Of a stretch of 64,000 bases of DNA, positions 50,066 through 59,359 are shown in pieces. The first letter of the stretch is position 1. Each line of letters starts with the position of its first letter. The position numbers and the translations under genes were made by a program. The notes below the pieces were generated by a model that was given only the letters and a program-made list of their open reading frames with translations, was not told the DNA's origin and searched no databases. Source of the DNA: Rhodothermales bacterium (lineage in GTDB: Bacteria > Bacteroidota > Rhodothermia > Rhodothermales > Bin80); the NCBI GenBank assembly GCA_965116685.1, contig OZ220707.1, positions 851,655 through 915,654 of the forward strand, read 5' to 3'.

Positions 50066-50746
50066 TCAGGGAATATCCAGGACTTTATGCGTCTGAACAC
50101 TGAGCCTCCACTGCGGATGCTCAAGACAATAGTTAAGGGATTCCTGGGTATTCGCAGCAAGGTTCGGGCCATCCATCGGCTGTAAAAAGAAATACTCAAA
50201 CTCCAGCATCTCAAACTCCGTTGGCATCGCGTCCGGCTGCGGGAACACGAGCTTGAGTTCATTGCCGCTCTTCAGCACCAGGGGGGCACCTGCTTTGGGA
50301 CTTACGCAAATCCAGTCCAGCCCATCAGGTGGAATCAGTGTGCCGTTGGTTTCCACAGCAACCTCAAAACCATGTGCCTGAAGGGCCTGAATCAAAGGGC
50401 GATCCATCTGTAAAAGAGGCTCTCCCCCCGTACAGACTACATAGGGTTTTGCACGGGTGGACGTTGCGCTGGGCCAGGCTGCGCAGACTGCATCCGTAAG
50501 CGCTGCCGGTGTTCCAAAGCGCCCGCCTCCAACCCCATCCATGCCGACAAAATCTGTATCACAGAATGGGCAGATTGCGCTGGAACGATCTTTTTCATGC
50601 CCACTCCAGAGGTTGCAGCCGGCAAACCGCAGAAAGACTGCAGGGCGCCCTGTCATATGGCCTTCTCCCTGAAGTGTATAGTAAATTTCTTTTACTGTGT
50701 AAGCCATGCAAATCGCTCCCCAAGCCCTGGGGCATTCGCTCCCCAA
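50066..50746 (-). CDS. queE: 7-carboxy-7-deazaguanine synthase (radical SAM)
   Basis: TLQGEGHMTGRPAVFLRFAGCNLWS...CPFCDTDF matches the QueE cluster motif. The likely start is at 50707 (MAYTVKEIYYTLQGEG). Confidence 0.85.
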   Translation of the reverse strand: MGSECPRAWGAICMAYTVKEIYYTLQGEGHMTGRPAVFLRFAGCNLWSGHEKDRSSAICPFCDTDFVGMDGVGGGRFGTPAALTDAVCAAWPSATSTRAKPYVVCTGGEPLLQMDRPLIQALQAHGFEVAVETNGTLIPPDGLDWICVSPKAGAPLVLKSGNELKLVFPQPDAMPTEFEMLEFEYFFLQPMDGPNLAANTQESLNYCLEHPQWRLSVQTHKVLDIP

Positions 50747-51165
50747 TCCAGAACCGCCACGGTTAAGCGACTAGCTGTAACCTTCCGGTCCTGTTCATCT
50801 ACAATACTGATTTGCCAGACCTGAGTTTTTCGTCCGAGATGTAACGGGGACGCTGTGCCGATTACACGGCCACTGCGGACCCCTCTTAAGTGATTTGCAT
50901 TGACCTCAAGCCCTACTACATACTGTTTTCTGATGTCCACACACAGGACTCCCGCAACACTCCCCAGGGTTTCTGCCAGTACGACCGAAGCTCCCCCATG
51001 CAACAGCCCGATGGGTTGATTCGTGCGATGGTCTACCGGCATGGATGCGCGCAGGTAATCAGGGCCGACCTCCGTGAACCTGATGTCAAGGTGCTCCACC
51101 ATCGTCCCTTTCCCTCGATTGTTCAGTTGTTCCACGGTTACATCGCTTTTCCAGATTTTCGCCAT
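50692..51165 (-). CDS. PaaI/YbdB-type hotdog-fold thioesterase
   Basis: GLLHGGASVVLAETLGS motif, about 150 aa. Confidence 0.8.
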   Translation of the reverse strand: MAKIWKSDVTVEQLNNRGKGTMVEHLDIRFTEVGPDYLRASMPVDHRTNQPIGLLHGGASVVLAETLGSVAGVLCVDIRKQYVVGLEVNANHLRGVRSGRVIGTASPLHLGRKTQVWQISIVDEQDRKVTASRLTVAVLDWGANAPGLGERFAWLTQ

Positions 51166-51289
51166 GTTATTCGGAATTTCTATAAATACTCGACCTTATA
51201 CGCACATACACGAATATCTACCACTGGATGGAGATTGATCCATTGCACTCGCAACACCTGAGCCACAAAAATCAGAGCATATGACATGG

Positions 51290-52225
51290 CTATGCATAAT
51301 CCTGTTTTTCACTCTTTTTGCGCCAATAGCGTGCAAAGCCGTACCAGCTCTCACGCGGCTGCCCCATATAGTTGTATGGCTCCTGAAATGATTCATCCAC
51401 CAAGGCATGCATCTGCTTCATTTCTGAGGTATGAAAGGCTTTTGCCCGCTCAGCATCGGATTCGCAGTCATCCTTCAGGGAGCACTGAACTGCACCTGCC
51501 CATGCACGCAATCGTCTACGCATCTCAGATAGATGCTCCTTTACATCATGTACAAGCCCAAAATGCGTCAGAAACAGCTTCCTGGGGGCCTGCTCTTCCA
51601 GCCTTGTAAGCGACTCCTCCCATAGAACCAAATCAATATCCGGTGGGGGTGCTACGGGAATAATATAATCTGCACCTTCAATTCTCATCCCTGCAGCATC
51701 GCCGGCAAATGCCACTTCTGCTTCATCCTCCAACCACGCAATATGATGAGATGCATGCCCGGGCGTATAGCAGGACCGTAATTTGCGACCACCTATATCC
51801 AGTACAGCTCCATCCTCTACCGCATGAACCTGGCTCGCAGGAATCGGCAAGATCTCTCCCCATAGCAGATCCATTCGTTCTCCATAGATCCGCCGGGCAC
51901 TTTGAATCAGCCGTTCCGGGTTGACCAGGTGACGTACTCCGACTGGGTGCACATGAATATTCAGCTTCGGCAAAGCTGCTGCCAATCGGCCTGTGCAGCC
52001 TGCGTGATCCAAATGAATATGCGTTAGAACCACGTTCCGAACTGCTGCCAATCCACCATGAGATTTCAATGCCTGCTCCAGCGTATGCAATGTGCTTGAA
52101 GGCCCCGGGTCAATCAGTGTCAATCCCTGGTTCGTTTCAAGCACTGCACAGGCAATCAGGCGTGATCGTCCGCGAAACTGCACATCCACCAGCCATGTAG
52201 GAAGTTCGCTGCTCAGAAGTTGCAC
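51290..52225 (-). CDS. MBL-fold metallo-hydrolase
   Basis: The HxHxDH motif THIHLDHAG and a downstream His (TPGHASHH). Confidence 0.85.
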   Translation of the reverse strand: MQLLSSELPTWLVDVQFRGRSRLIACAVLETNQGLTLIDPGPSSTLHTLEQALKSHGGLAAVRNVVLTHIHLDHAGCTGRLAAALPKLNIHVHPVGVRHLVNPERLIQSARRIYGERMDLLWGEILPIPASQVHAVEDGAVLDIGGRKLRSCYTPGHASHHIAWLEDEAEVAFAGDAAGMRIEGADYIIPVAPPPDIDLVLWEESLTRLEEQAPRKLFLTHFGLVHDVKEHLSEMRRRLRAWAGAVQCSLKDDCESDAERAKAFHTSEMKQMHALVDESFQEPYNYMGQPRESWYGFARYWRKKSEKQDYA

Positions 52226-52270
52226 GGTCCGGGTTGGGTTTACTCTGAGATTAACTTCATGAGCACATCC

Positions 52271-53692
52271 TCAAAGATCATCGTCCGTCAGGATGGGCAG
52301 ATCCTCCTGGAACGGTGGCATGAGCGGGCGAGCTTTCCTCCATGTATCGTCTAACTGTACAGACATATCATCATGGTGAATCAACACCGGACCATTATAC
52401 CTGGCTTCCATCGGACCATTCTCTAAACGGAGCACACCTCGGGGGCATACCGTCGCACACATCCCGCACCCCACACAGGAGGCACGTACAATATTCTGGC
52501 CTCTTTGTGCATACCACCTTACATCGATCCCCATTTCGCAATAGGTTGAGCAGTTCCCGCACGAAATACATTGCCCTCCATTAGTCGTAATCCTGAATCT
52601 GGATAAGTACTTTTGCAAGAGACCAAGAACGGCTGCCATTGGGCAACCAAATCGGCACCACACACGGGTCCCCATGATTGGATAGAAACCAACTCCGATC
52701 ACCCCTGCAAAAATCAACCCGATAAAGAACCCATACCATCTTGAAAACTCTTGCGACATCCCTCCCAGCAGGCCGCCGCCCAACCACTGATTGCCCCAGA
52801 GCATCAGTGTTGTCACGACCACGAACACCAGGACGCTGTGCACCATCCAGCGCTCTATTTTCCAGGCTTTGGTTGACTTGTCAGAAAGATGTCGGAACGG
52901 GTCTCCTGCCGTCTCTGCGAGGCCGCCACAACCACAGACCCATGAGCAGTACCAGCGCTTCCCAAAGAAATAGGTTAAGACTGGCGTGGCAATCACGGTC
53001 ATTACAGCGGTCCAGAATAACAGAAAAATCCCCAGACCGGGTCCCTGTGTTAGGGAGCTAAAGGTACTCGGCCACAGGTAATCATACTTGAGCGGCCAGA
53101 AATAACTGAAATAAAACTCGGGCTCATTCAAGAGTACCATAAGGTTGGGGATCAAAAAAGCCAGCCCCAATTGAAAAAACATCACCGAAATTGTACGCAG
53201 AATCTGGTAGCGGTTATCCCGGTACTTGATGAGCATCCGGGCTCCCATCACGAGCACGGCAAGGGTATAAAAAAGTCCATACAAAAACCATTGATCCGCA
53301 GGGGTCCCGCGGATCGCTATACTCAGTCCATCGGTGGCCCGCACGAGCTGTTCAAGGTTTGAGGGGGCCCAGTAAAGGATGATATAAAAGCCGGTGAATA
53401 TAATTCCCAGTACCCATCCTGCCATCCCCCGTGCAGTTACCCCGGAAAACCATACGCCATTATTGTTGACCCCTGCCGGCTGTTGAAGTAGCTCTGCAAA
53501 AAGGATCCCACTGCCAGACAGCAGCCCCGCAAGCGAAAATGCGAACGTAACCGTAGGGTTCAATGCCCCTTCCCCTAAAAAGGTAACCAGAAGTGCCAAC
53601 AGGCCAACTCCAATGAGGGCCAAGCCAATTTTTTGACGTGTGGAGTAGTTCGATCCTGACGATGTAAGCTGTAAACTTGCCTGATATTCCAT
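52271..53692 (-). CDS. Membrane-bound 4Fe-4S ferredoxin-type protein
   Basis: Multiple TM helices plus the Cys clusters CSWVCGCG, CRFGCP, CISCGNCSTYC and CVGCGMCATVCP. Confidence 0.8.
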   Translation of the reverse strand: MEYQASLQLTSSGSNYSTRQKIGLALIGVGLLALLVTFLGEGALNPTVTFAFSLAGLLSGSGILFAELLQQPAGVNNNGVWFSGVTARGMAGWVLGIIFTGFYIILYWAPSNLEQLVRATDGLSIAIRGTPADQWFLYGLFYTLAVLVMGARMLIKYRDNRYQILRTISVMFFQLGLAFLIPNLMVLLNEPEFYFSYFWPLKYDYLWPSTFSSLTQGPGLGIFLLFWTAVMTVIATPVLTYFFGKRWYCSWVCGCGGLAETAGDPFRHLSDKSTKAWKIERWMVHSVLVFVVVTTLMLWGNQWLGGGLLGGMSQEFSRWYGFFIGLIFAGVIGVGFYPIMGTRVWCRFGCPMAAVLGLLQKYLSRFRITTNGGQCISCGNCSTYCEMGIDVRWYAQRGQNIVRASCVGCGMCATVCPRGVLRLENGPMEARYNGPVLIHHDDMSVQLDDTWRKARPLMPPFQEDLPILTDDDL

Positions 53693-53700
53693 TTGGATTT

Positions 53701-54957
53701 CTATGCCACTGCGGCCTGACGATAGACCGCGTTCGAATAAAATTCGGTATCAAACCGAGCTTTCCCAAGAGATGCAAGGACCTCCTCTACAGGGGTACCA
53801 CTGCGGATCCATGCTTCGCATTGATCCTGTCGCAGACGCAGCCCCATTACATTGAATCCCAGTATCCTGCCAATATTGCGATCACTGTTGATACGCAGGA
53901 GTTTCTTTCCCCTCTGAAATAACTGTGATCGAATATGTGATCCCGGTTGGGCAGGTATGTCTCCGTAGGTCTGATATTCGATGGTGAAAAATTTTGCCGA
54001 ATTAAAAAATATTCCCCGCCGGTATGGGGTCCGATGTCCGCAGAGCGTACGGGCCACGACTTTCCCATGAGCTCGGCCGGTATACCACAGCTGCTCAATC
54101 CGCCGACTTCCGATGCCATCTGCATTGAATTCCGCGCAATCCCCGGCGGCATAGATATCCGGCACATTGGTTTCAAAAAATTCATTGACTACAATGCCTC
54201 TGTTTGTCTCAATCCCCGAAGCTTTTGCAAGATCGATATTGGGATGGACGCCTGCGGTGAGGCCGACAAACTGACATTCAATACGCTCGTTGTTGCTGGT
54301 CTCAATCGCTTCAACGGTTTCAGGGCCAAGGATGGACTTCAACTCCGTATTCAGTCTTAGATCAATCCCATGCTCATAAATCTCACTATTGATCAGTGCC
54401 GACTCTTCTTTGGGCAGCAAATAGTCCATATAACTGTTTTCCCGCACAAGAAACGTTACAGGAATATGCCGGGCATGAAGCATCTCTGCCATCTCTATCC
54501 CAATCAGGCCTCCTCCCACCACCACACCGTGGGAGATGTTCTGGGTATTACGCTCCATCAATGCCAGATCCTGCATCCCGTACAGTCCCTGCACCCCCAT
54601 TAAATCCTGTCCGGGCCAACCGAATTTATTTGACTGTGACCCCGTTGCCAGAAGAAGTGCATCATAGGCAATATCGTTCCCATCCGCAATCCGGACCACT
54701 TTCTGTTCGGGATCAATCCGGGATACATACCCCCGAACCAGGTTTATTTTATTCTTGGACCAGAAGTGATCTTCATAGGGTTTGGTCTCCTGATAGCGCA
54801 TATGCCCCATGTAAATGTACATCAGAGCAGTTCGTGCGTAAAAGTGATCGGTTTCACTGGACACCACTGTGACGCTGTCACCGCTTAACTTGCGTATAAA
54901 CCGTGCAGCGGTAACGCCTGTGATCCCGTTTCCAATAATGACGATATTCCGAGCCAT
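53701..54957 (-). CDS. NAD(P)/FAD-dependent pyridine-nucleotide-disulfide-type oxidoreductase
   Basis: Two Rossmann motifs, IVIIGNGITGVTAA and VVVGGGLIGIEMA, plus AAGDCA. Confidence 0.8.
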   Translation of the reverse strand: MARNIVIIGNGITGVTAARFIRKLSGDSVTVVSSETDHFYARTALMYIYMGHMRYQETKPYEDHFWSKNKINLVRGYVSRIDPEQKVVRIADGNDIAYDALLLATGSQSNKFGWPGQDLMGVQGLYGMQDLALMERNTQNISHGVVVGGGLIGIEMAEMLHARHIPVTFLVRENSYMDYLLPKEESALINSEIYEHGIDLRLNTELKSILGPETVEAIETSNNERIECQFVGLTAGVHPNIDLAKASGIETNRGIVVNEFFETNVPDIYAAGDCAEFNADGIGSRRIEQLWYTGRAHGKVVARTLCGHRTPYRRGIFFNSAKFFTIEYQTYGDIPAQPGSHIRSQLFQRGKKLLRINSDRNIGRILGFNVMGLRLRQDQCEAWIRSGTPVEEVLASLGKARFDTEFYSNAVYRQAAVA

Positions 54958-55028
54958 GACACATAATGATTTATGGGAAGTTACGCTAGGAGATATAACA
55001 TATCAACACCTTAACGTTTGAATCGCTC

Positions 55029-55910
55029 ATGCCGGAGTTGATCTACGGGATTGCCGGAAATACAGCAAAGGACGAGTTGTGGCCGCTCATCCAGCGATTA
55101 GTCGCCTGGATGGAGACGGAAGAGATCAACTATCAACTGCACACCCCTATTACTGAGGGCCTCCTGGAGCGTTCTTTTATATCTGCCGAGTGTGCAGAAA
55201 AAGTATCCTCGGATGCGCTCGCCGGCACAAGTAGTATTATTCTTTCCATCGGGGGAGATGGAACCCTTCTGCACACAGCCTTTGAAGTTGGTGGAGCTGG
55301 CGTTCCAATTCTGGGAGTCAACATTGGACATCTCGGATTTTTGGCCGATGTTGAAGCCAGCCGGATCCAGCACGCACTGCACTTACTGAATACTGATCAA
55401 TACCAAATTGAACAACGAAGTGCCCTCAGCCTGACCGGCCCACATACCGGCTGGGCCCTCAATGACATTGTCGTTACACGGCAGCCTGCAGGTGGCCTTG
55501 CAGCGATAGATATGCTGGTTGACGGCACCAAACTAAACCGTTACTGGGGAGATGGGTTGATTATTGCGACCCCGACTGGATCAACCGCCTATTCGCTGGC
55601 CGTTGGGGGACCTATCGTCATGCCTGGGAGCAATGTAATCCTCGTGAGTCCTGTCGCCCCGCACAGTCTGACCGTTCGTCCGATTGTGTTACCTGCACAA
55701 TCAACCCTGACCCTGCAGCTGGCATCAAGCTCATCGGATTGTACGATTGCTCTGGATGGGCGAACGCATCTCATTACTCAAAAGCAGAAGCCCTACACGA
55801 TACGCCGGGCCGATCATTCCATCAAACTGGTCCGGCTTGAGGATACGCATTATTTCGGTACCCTTCGATCGAAACTTTCCTGGGGAATGGGGGCCCAAAT
55901 GATTCCATGA
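55029..55910 (+). CDS. nadK: NAD kinase
   Basis: Motifs GGDGTLL, NDIVV and TPTGSTAYSLA. Confidence 0.9.
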   Translation: MPELIYGIAGNTAKDELWPLIQRLVAWMETEEINYQLHTPITEGLLERSFISAECAEKVSSDALAGTSSIILSIGGDGTLLHTAFEVGGAGVPILGVNIGHLGFLADVEASRIQHALHLLNTDQYQIEQRSALSLTGPHTGWALNDIVVTRQPAGGLAAIDMLVDGTKLNRYWGDGLIIATPTGSTAYSLAVGGPIVMPGSNVILVSPVAPHSLTVRPIVLPAQSTLTLQLASSSSDCTIALDGRTHLITQKQKPYTIRRADHSIKLVRLEDTHYFGTLRSKLSWGMGAQMIP

Positions 55911-56662
55911 GGGGCGCCGTCATACTGATTGTATTGATCATTACCGGATGTGCCGGCTCCCGCCCTGCTCTTGATCGGATTGATCCAGTTGAGGCCTATG
56001 AGGTCGAATCCGTGATGGATAGCGTTTGGGCTCATGCACTTCCCATTTCCTTAAAAGCAAGGGGGGATCTATCCATGAAGACCCCGCTCTATTCGGGAAC
56101 GTTGACAGCTGAGATCGCGCACCGCAGGGCCGACTCACTGCTTATGGTCTTCCGTGTCCGAGGTCTTAGCATAGAAGGCGGCCGTCTATTGGTCACGCAG
56201 GACAGCTTGTTTTTCTATGATCGATTTGCGCAGACATTACGCATCGCGGATAGTCGTCATCCAGCATTGCCAGCTTTATTTTCTGTTCAAAATGCAACTG
56301 AGCAGATGCTCGGCTACGTTCGCCCAATTCCAGGGACTCCCCTTCAATTGGAGTCAACTCAGGATGGATTAGTCCTCACGGATTCCCTTGTGCACAGAAC
56401 GTACACGGTTGATCCTGAATACTGGCGCACGGTCCAGATGACGCAATATGATGCATCAGGAACACTTATAGAAGCCCTCTATTTCAGTGATTTCTTTGCG
56501 GTTGGTGAAGAATTCTTCCCACGCCAGATCATCTACCGGAACCCGGCGATGAACACGAATGCAATCCTGTATTATCAATCTCTTTCGATCAATGAACCCA
56601 TTACTTCCATGTCTCTTGACCTGCCCGGTGGTGTAAATCGTGTTCTATTACCGGAAGAATAA
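55907..56662 (+). CDS. Lipoprotein (DUF4292/LolB-like, tentative)
   Basis: Lipobox LIITGCAGS. 4-nt overlap with nadK. The family call is from memory of FCB synteny. Confidence 0.45.
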   Translation: MRGAVILIVLIITGCAGSRPALDRIDPVEAYEVESVMDSVWAHALPISLKARGDLSMKTPLYSGTLTAEIAHRRADSLLMVFRVRGLSIEGGRLLVTQDSLFFYDRFAQTLRIADSRHPALPALFSVQNATEQMLGYVRPIPGTPLQLESTQDGLVLTDSLVHRTYTVDPEYWRTVQMTQYDASGTLIEALYFSDFFAVGEEFFPRQIIYRNPAMNTNAILYYQSLSINEPITSMSLDLPGGVNRVLLPEE

Positions 56663-56707
56663 GTACAGACCTTTATCTTTAATCATTCCCTTGAATTTAT
56701 CTCTCTC

Positions 56708-58126
56708 ATGCCAAATACTTTCGATGTCATTGTAGTCGGGACAGGACCCGGCGGATATGAAACTGCAATCCGGGCTACACAACTCGGCTTCAAGACTGCG
56801 GTGGTTGAAAAAAATAAGTTGGGTGGGGTCTGCCTGAATGTAGGCTGTATTCCCACCAAAGCGCTTCTGAAAAGTGCAGAGCTTGTGTCCTATGCCAACA
56901 ATTTGAGTTCTTATGGCCTGGAATTGGACGGAACGATTCGTGCCGATTTTCCAAAAGTGATCGAACGCAGTCGAACGGTTGCCAAGAAAATGAATTCTGG
57001 TGTGCAGTACCTCATGAAAAAGAATAATATCGAGGTGGTATTTGGACATGCGAAGTTGACCGGAAGCGGTGCATTAAGTGTCAGTCCATCTGTAGATATG
57101 GATGGTAAAAAAGTGGGGAGTGCGCGTAAGCTCAAGGCAAAGCACATTATCCTCGCAACAGGGGCACGAGCCAGGGAGATCCCCCCTCTTCCGATTGACG
57201 GAGAAAAAATTATTGACTACAAGGGAGCGATGCTCCAAAAAACGCTACCCGCCCGTTTGCTGATTGCCGGCGCAGGTGCGATCGGGGTCGAGTTTGCATA
57301 CTTTTATCATCACATGGGCACAAAAGTGCATCTGGTTGAGCTTTTAGACCGCATTGTGCCGATTGAAGACGAGGATGTATCCAAACAGTTAGCCCGGTCA
57401 TTCAAAAAAGCTGGCATCAAGGTCAGTACTGGTTCAACGGTTGAACGTGTAGAAGAAGACGGTAAGACGCTCAAAGTGCATCTGAAAACCGCCCGGAAAA
57501 ACGAAGTCATTGAGGTTGACCAGGTCCTTAGTTCGGTTGGGATTACGGGAAATATTGAAGACTTGGGGCTGGAGGACGTTGGAGTCGAAACGGATCGTGG
57601 ATTTATTAAAACGGATGGATTGTCCCGCACCAAGGTAAAAGGTGTCTATGCAATCGGGGATGTGGCCGGTCCGCCGTGGCTTGCCCACAAGGCGAGTCAT
57701 GAGGGTATCCTCTGTGTTGAAAATATTGCCGGAAAAGAAGTCCATGCACTGGACAAGGAAAATGTTCCAGGATGCACCTATTGCCAACCTCAGATTGCTT
57801 CTGTAGGATATACTGAACATGCTGCCCGTGAAAAAGGGCTGGATATCAAGATTGGTAAATTTCCCTTTTCTGCATCCGGGAAAGCTTCTGCGGCTGGACA
57901 CACGGATGGTTTTGTAAAGGTGATCTATGATGCAAAATACGGGGAGCTTCTTGGGTGCCATGTGATCGGCCATGATGCTACGGAGCTCATCGCGGAGGTC
58001 GTTACTGCGCGTACACTGGAAACCACCTACCATGAAATCCTGGACGCGGTCCATCCCCACCCGACCCTGTCCGAAGCCATCATGGAAGCGACACGTGACG
58101 CACTGGGGCAGTCAATCAACATTTAG
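56708..58126 (+). CDS. lpdA: Dihydrolipoyl dehydrogenase
   Basis: GTGPGGY, the redox disulfide GGVCLNVGCIPTK, and the C-terminal HPHPTLSE. Confidence 0.92.
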   Translation: MPNTFDVIVVGTGPGGYETAIRATQLGFKTAVVEKNKLGGVCLNVGCIPTKALLKSAELVSYANNLSSYGLELDGTIRADFPKVIERSRTVAKKMNSGVQYLMKKNNIEVVFGHAKLTGSGALSVSPSVDMDGKKVGSARKLKAKHIILATGARAREIPPLPIDGEKIIDYKGAMLQKTLPARLLIAGAGAIGVEFAYFYHHMGTKVHLVELLDRIVPIEDEDVSKQLARSFKKAGIKVSTGSTVERVEEDGKTLKVHLKTARKNEVIEVDQVLSSVGITGNIEDLGLEDVGVETDRGFIKTDGLSRTKVKGVYAIGDVAGPPWLAHKASHEGILCVENIAGKEVHALDKENVPGCTYCQPQIASVGYTEHAAREKGLDIKIGKFPFSASGKASAAGHTDGFVKVIYDAKYGELLGCHVIGHDATELIAEVVTARTLETTYHEILDAVHPHPTLSEAIMEATRDALGQSINI

Positions 58127-58315
58127 TTCATGTCCTGAGCTAAAATAGTCGGAAAACTACGCAGTTCAAGGGATGCCTCGGACAAAGATCTCCGGTGATC
58201 CTGTCATTTGGCGTGGTAGCCCATGTGCTCGGAATCAGTGATCTACATGGTCGGAATGTGCATTTTATTTCAGTAATTCAAGGTTTTTTAGCAGATACTC
58301 CATAGGAATTTTTAG

Positions 58316-59287
58316 ATGAACTTTCAACAGCCAAAACCAGACTCAAAAAAATATTCAGACCTCATTAACGAGATTCAGAAAGGCGTAATCAAAATCCCCA
58401 AGTTTCAACGCGAGTTTGTCTGGAGTATAGATAAGACAGCCAAGCTACTGGACAGCATTCTGAAAGGATATCCGATTGGTACATTTATTTTTTGGCAAAC
58501 AGATGAACGAATTAATGACATTAAGAACGTTGGGAACTTGGAGATTCCCGATACGCCGGAAGGAAACCAAGTTCAGTATGTATTGGACGGACAACAACGT
58601 ATTACCTCCCTTTTTGCTGCTTACCTTGGTGCTCGGATTCAGAAGACGGGCGAAAAGACGATAACGGACTATAACAAGATTTTTGTCAATCTCGACAAAG
58701 ATATAAGCGAAAATGACGGCCAGGTAATTACCGCCGAAACCACGGGGGAGAAAAATATATCGCTATCTGAAGTCCTGAACTTTAACTATGCCAAAGCAAA
58801 AGAACTTTCCGATGAATTCAGTGACGACGAATTAGATACTATCAATGCATATTCAACGGCGTTTAAGACGTATGAATTCTCAACTGTAGTTCTTAGAAAG
58901 GAAGATATTGACTCGGCAATCGAAGTTTTCACTCGTATTAACACAAGCGGGCAAACACTTACATTGTTTGAAATCGTGTCTGCCAAAACCTATGATGAAG
59001 AGCAAGGGTTCGATATGCAGGCGAAGTGGGAAGACTTTATAAAAGAACTTAAGGATATTCGGTATGAAGGTATATCGAGCACTGTAATTCTCAGCCTGCT
59101 TTCTCTTGTTCTAAGCCGAACTAAAGAATGCAAACGCAAGACCATACTGGCTTTGGATAAGCAAGCGATAATAAATAATTGGGATGCGGCAATATCTGCC
59201 TTAAAGGATGAGGTTCTTGCAAAACTCTTCTACAATCCACATTCTATGCCCGTAGACACCCTCAGAGCAATATTTTCCTCCAAATGA
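58316..59287 (+). CDS. GmrSD-like protein, N-terminal DUF262 (ParB-like NTPase) fragment, terminated by a stop inside an inserted MITE
   Basis: DUF262 motifs IKIPKFQREFVWS and LDGQQRITSL. The last 26 codons and the stop come from the 98-bp insert. Confidence 0.75.
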   Translation: MNFQQPKPDSKKYSDLINEIQKGVIKIPKFQREFVWSIDKTAKLLDSILKGYPIGTFIFWQTDERINDIKNVGNLEIPDTPEGNQVQYVLDGQQRITSLFAAYLGARIQKTGEKTITDYNKIFVNLDKDISENDGQVITAETTGEKNISLSEVLNFNYAKAKELSDEFSDDELDTINAYSTAFKTYEFSTVVLRKEDIDSAIEVFTRINTSGQTLTLFEIVSAKTYDEEQGFDMQAKWEDFIKELKDIRYEGISSTVILSLLSLVLSRTKECKRKTILALDKQAIINNWDAAISALKDEVLAKLFYNPHSMPVDTLRAIFSSK

Positions 59288-59307
59288 GAGGGTTTTGCAA
59301 CAGGTTC
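59210..59307. mobile_element. 98-bp MITE, copy 2, inserted in the GmrSD-like gene
   Basis: Same element as 19928-20025. Flanked by the 4-bp direct repeat GGAT (59206-59209 and 59308-59311). Insert plus duplication is 102 bp, so the frame is preserved but a TGA is introduced at 59285-59287. Confidence 0.8.
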
Positions 59308-59359
59308 GGATAGTATTGATTACTTCAGGACGACCTACCGAATACCTGTCTCCCAGATC

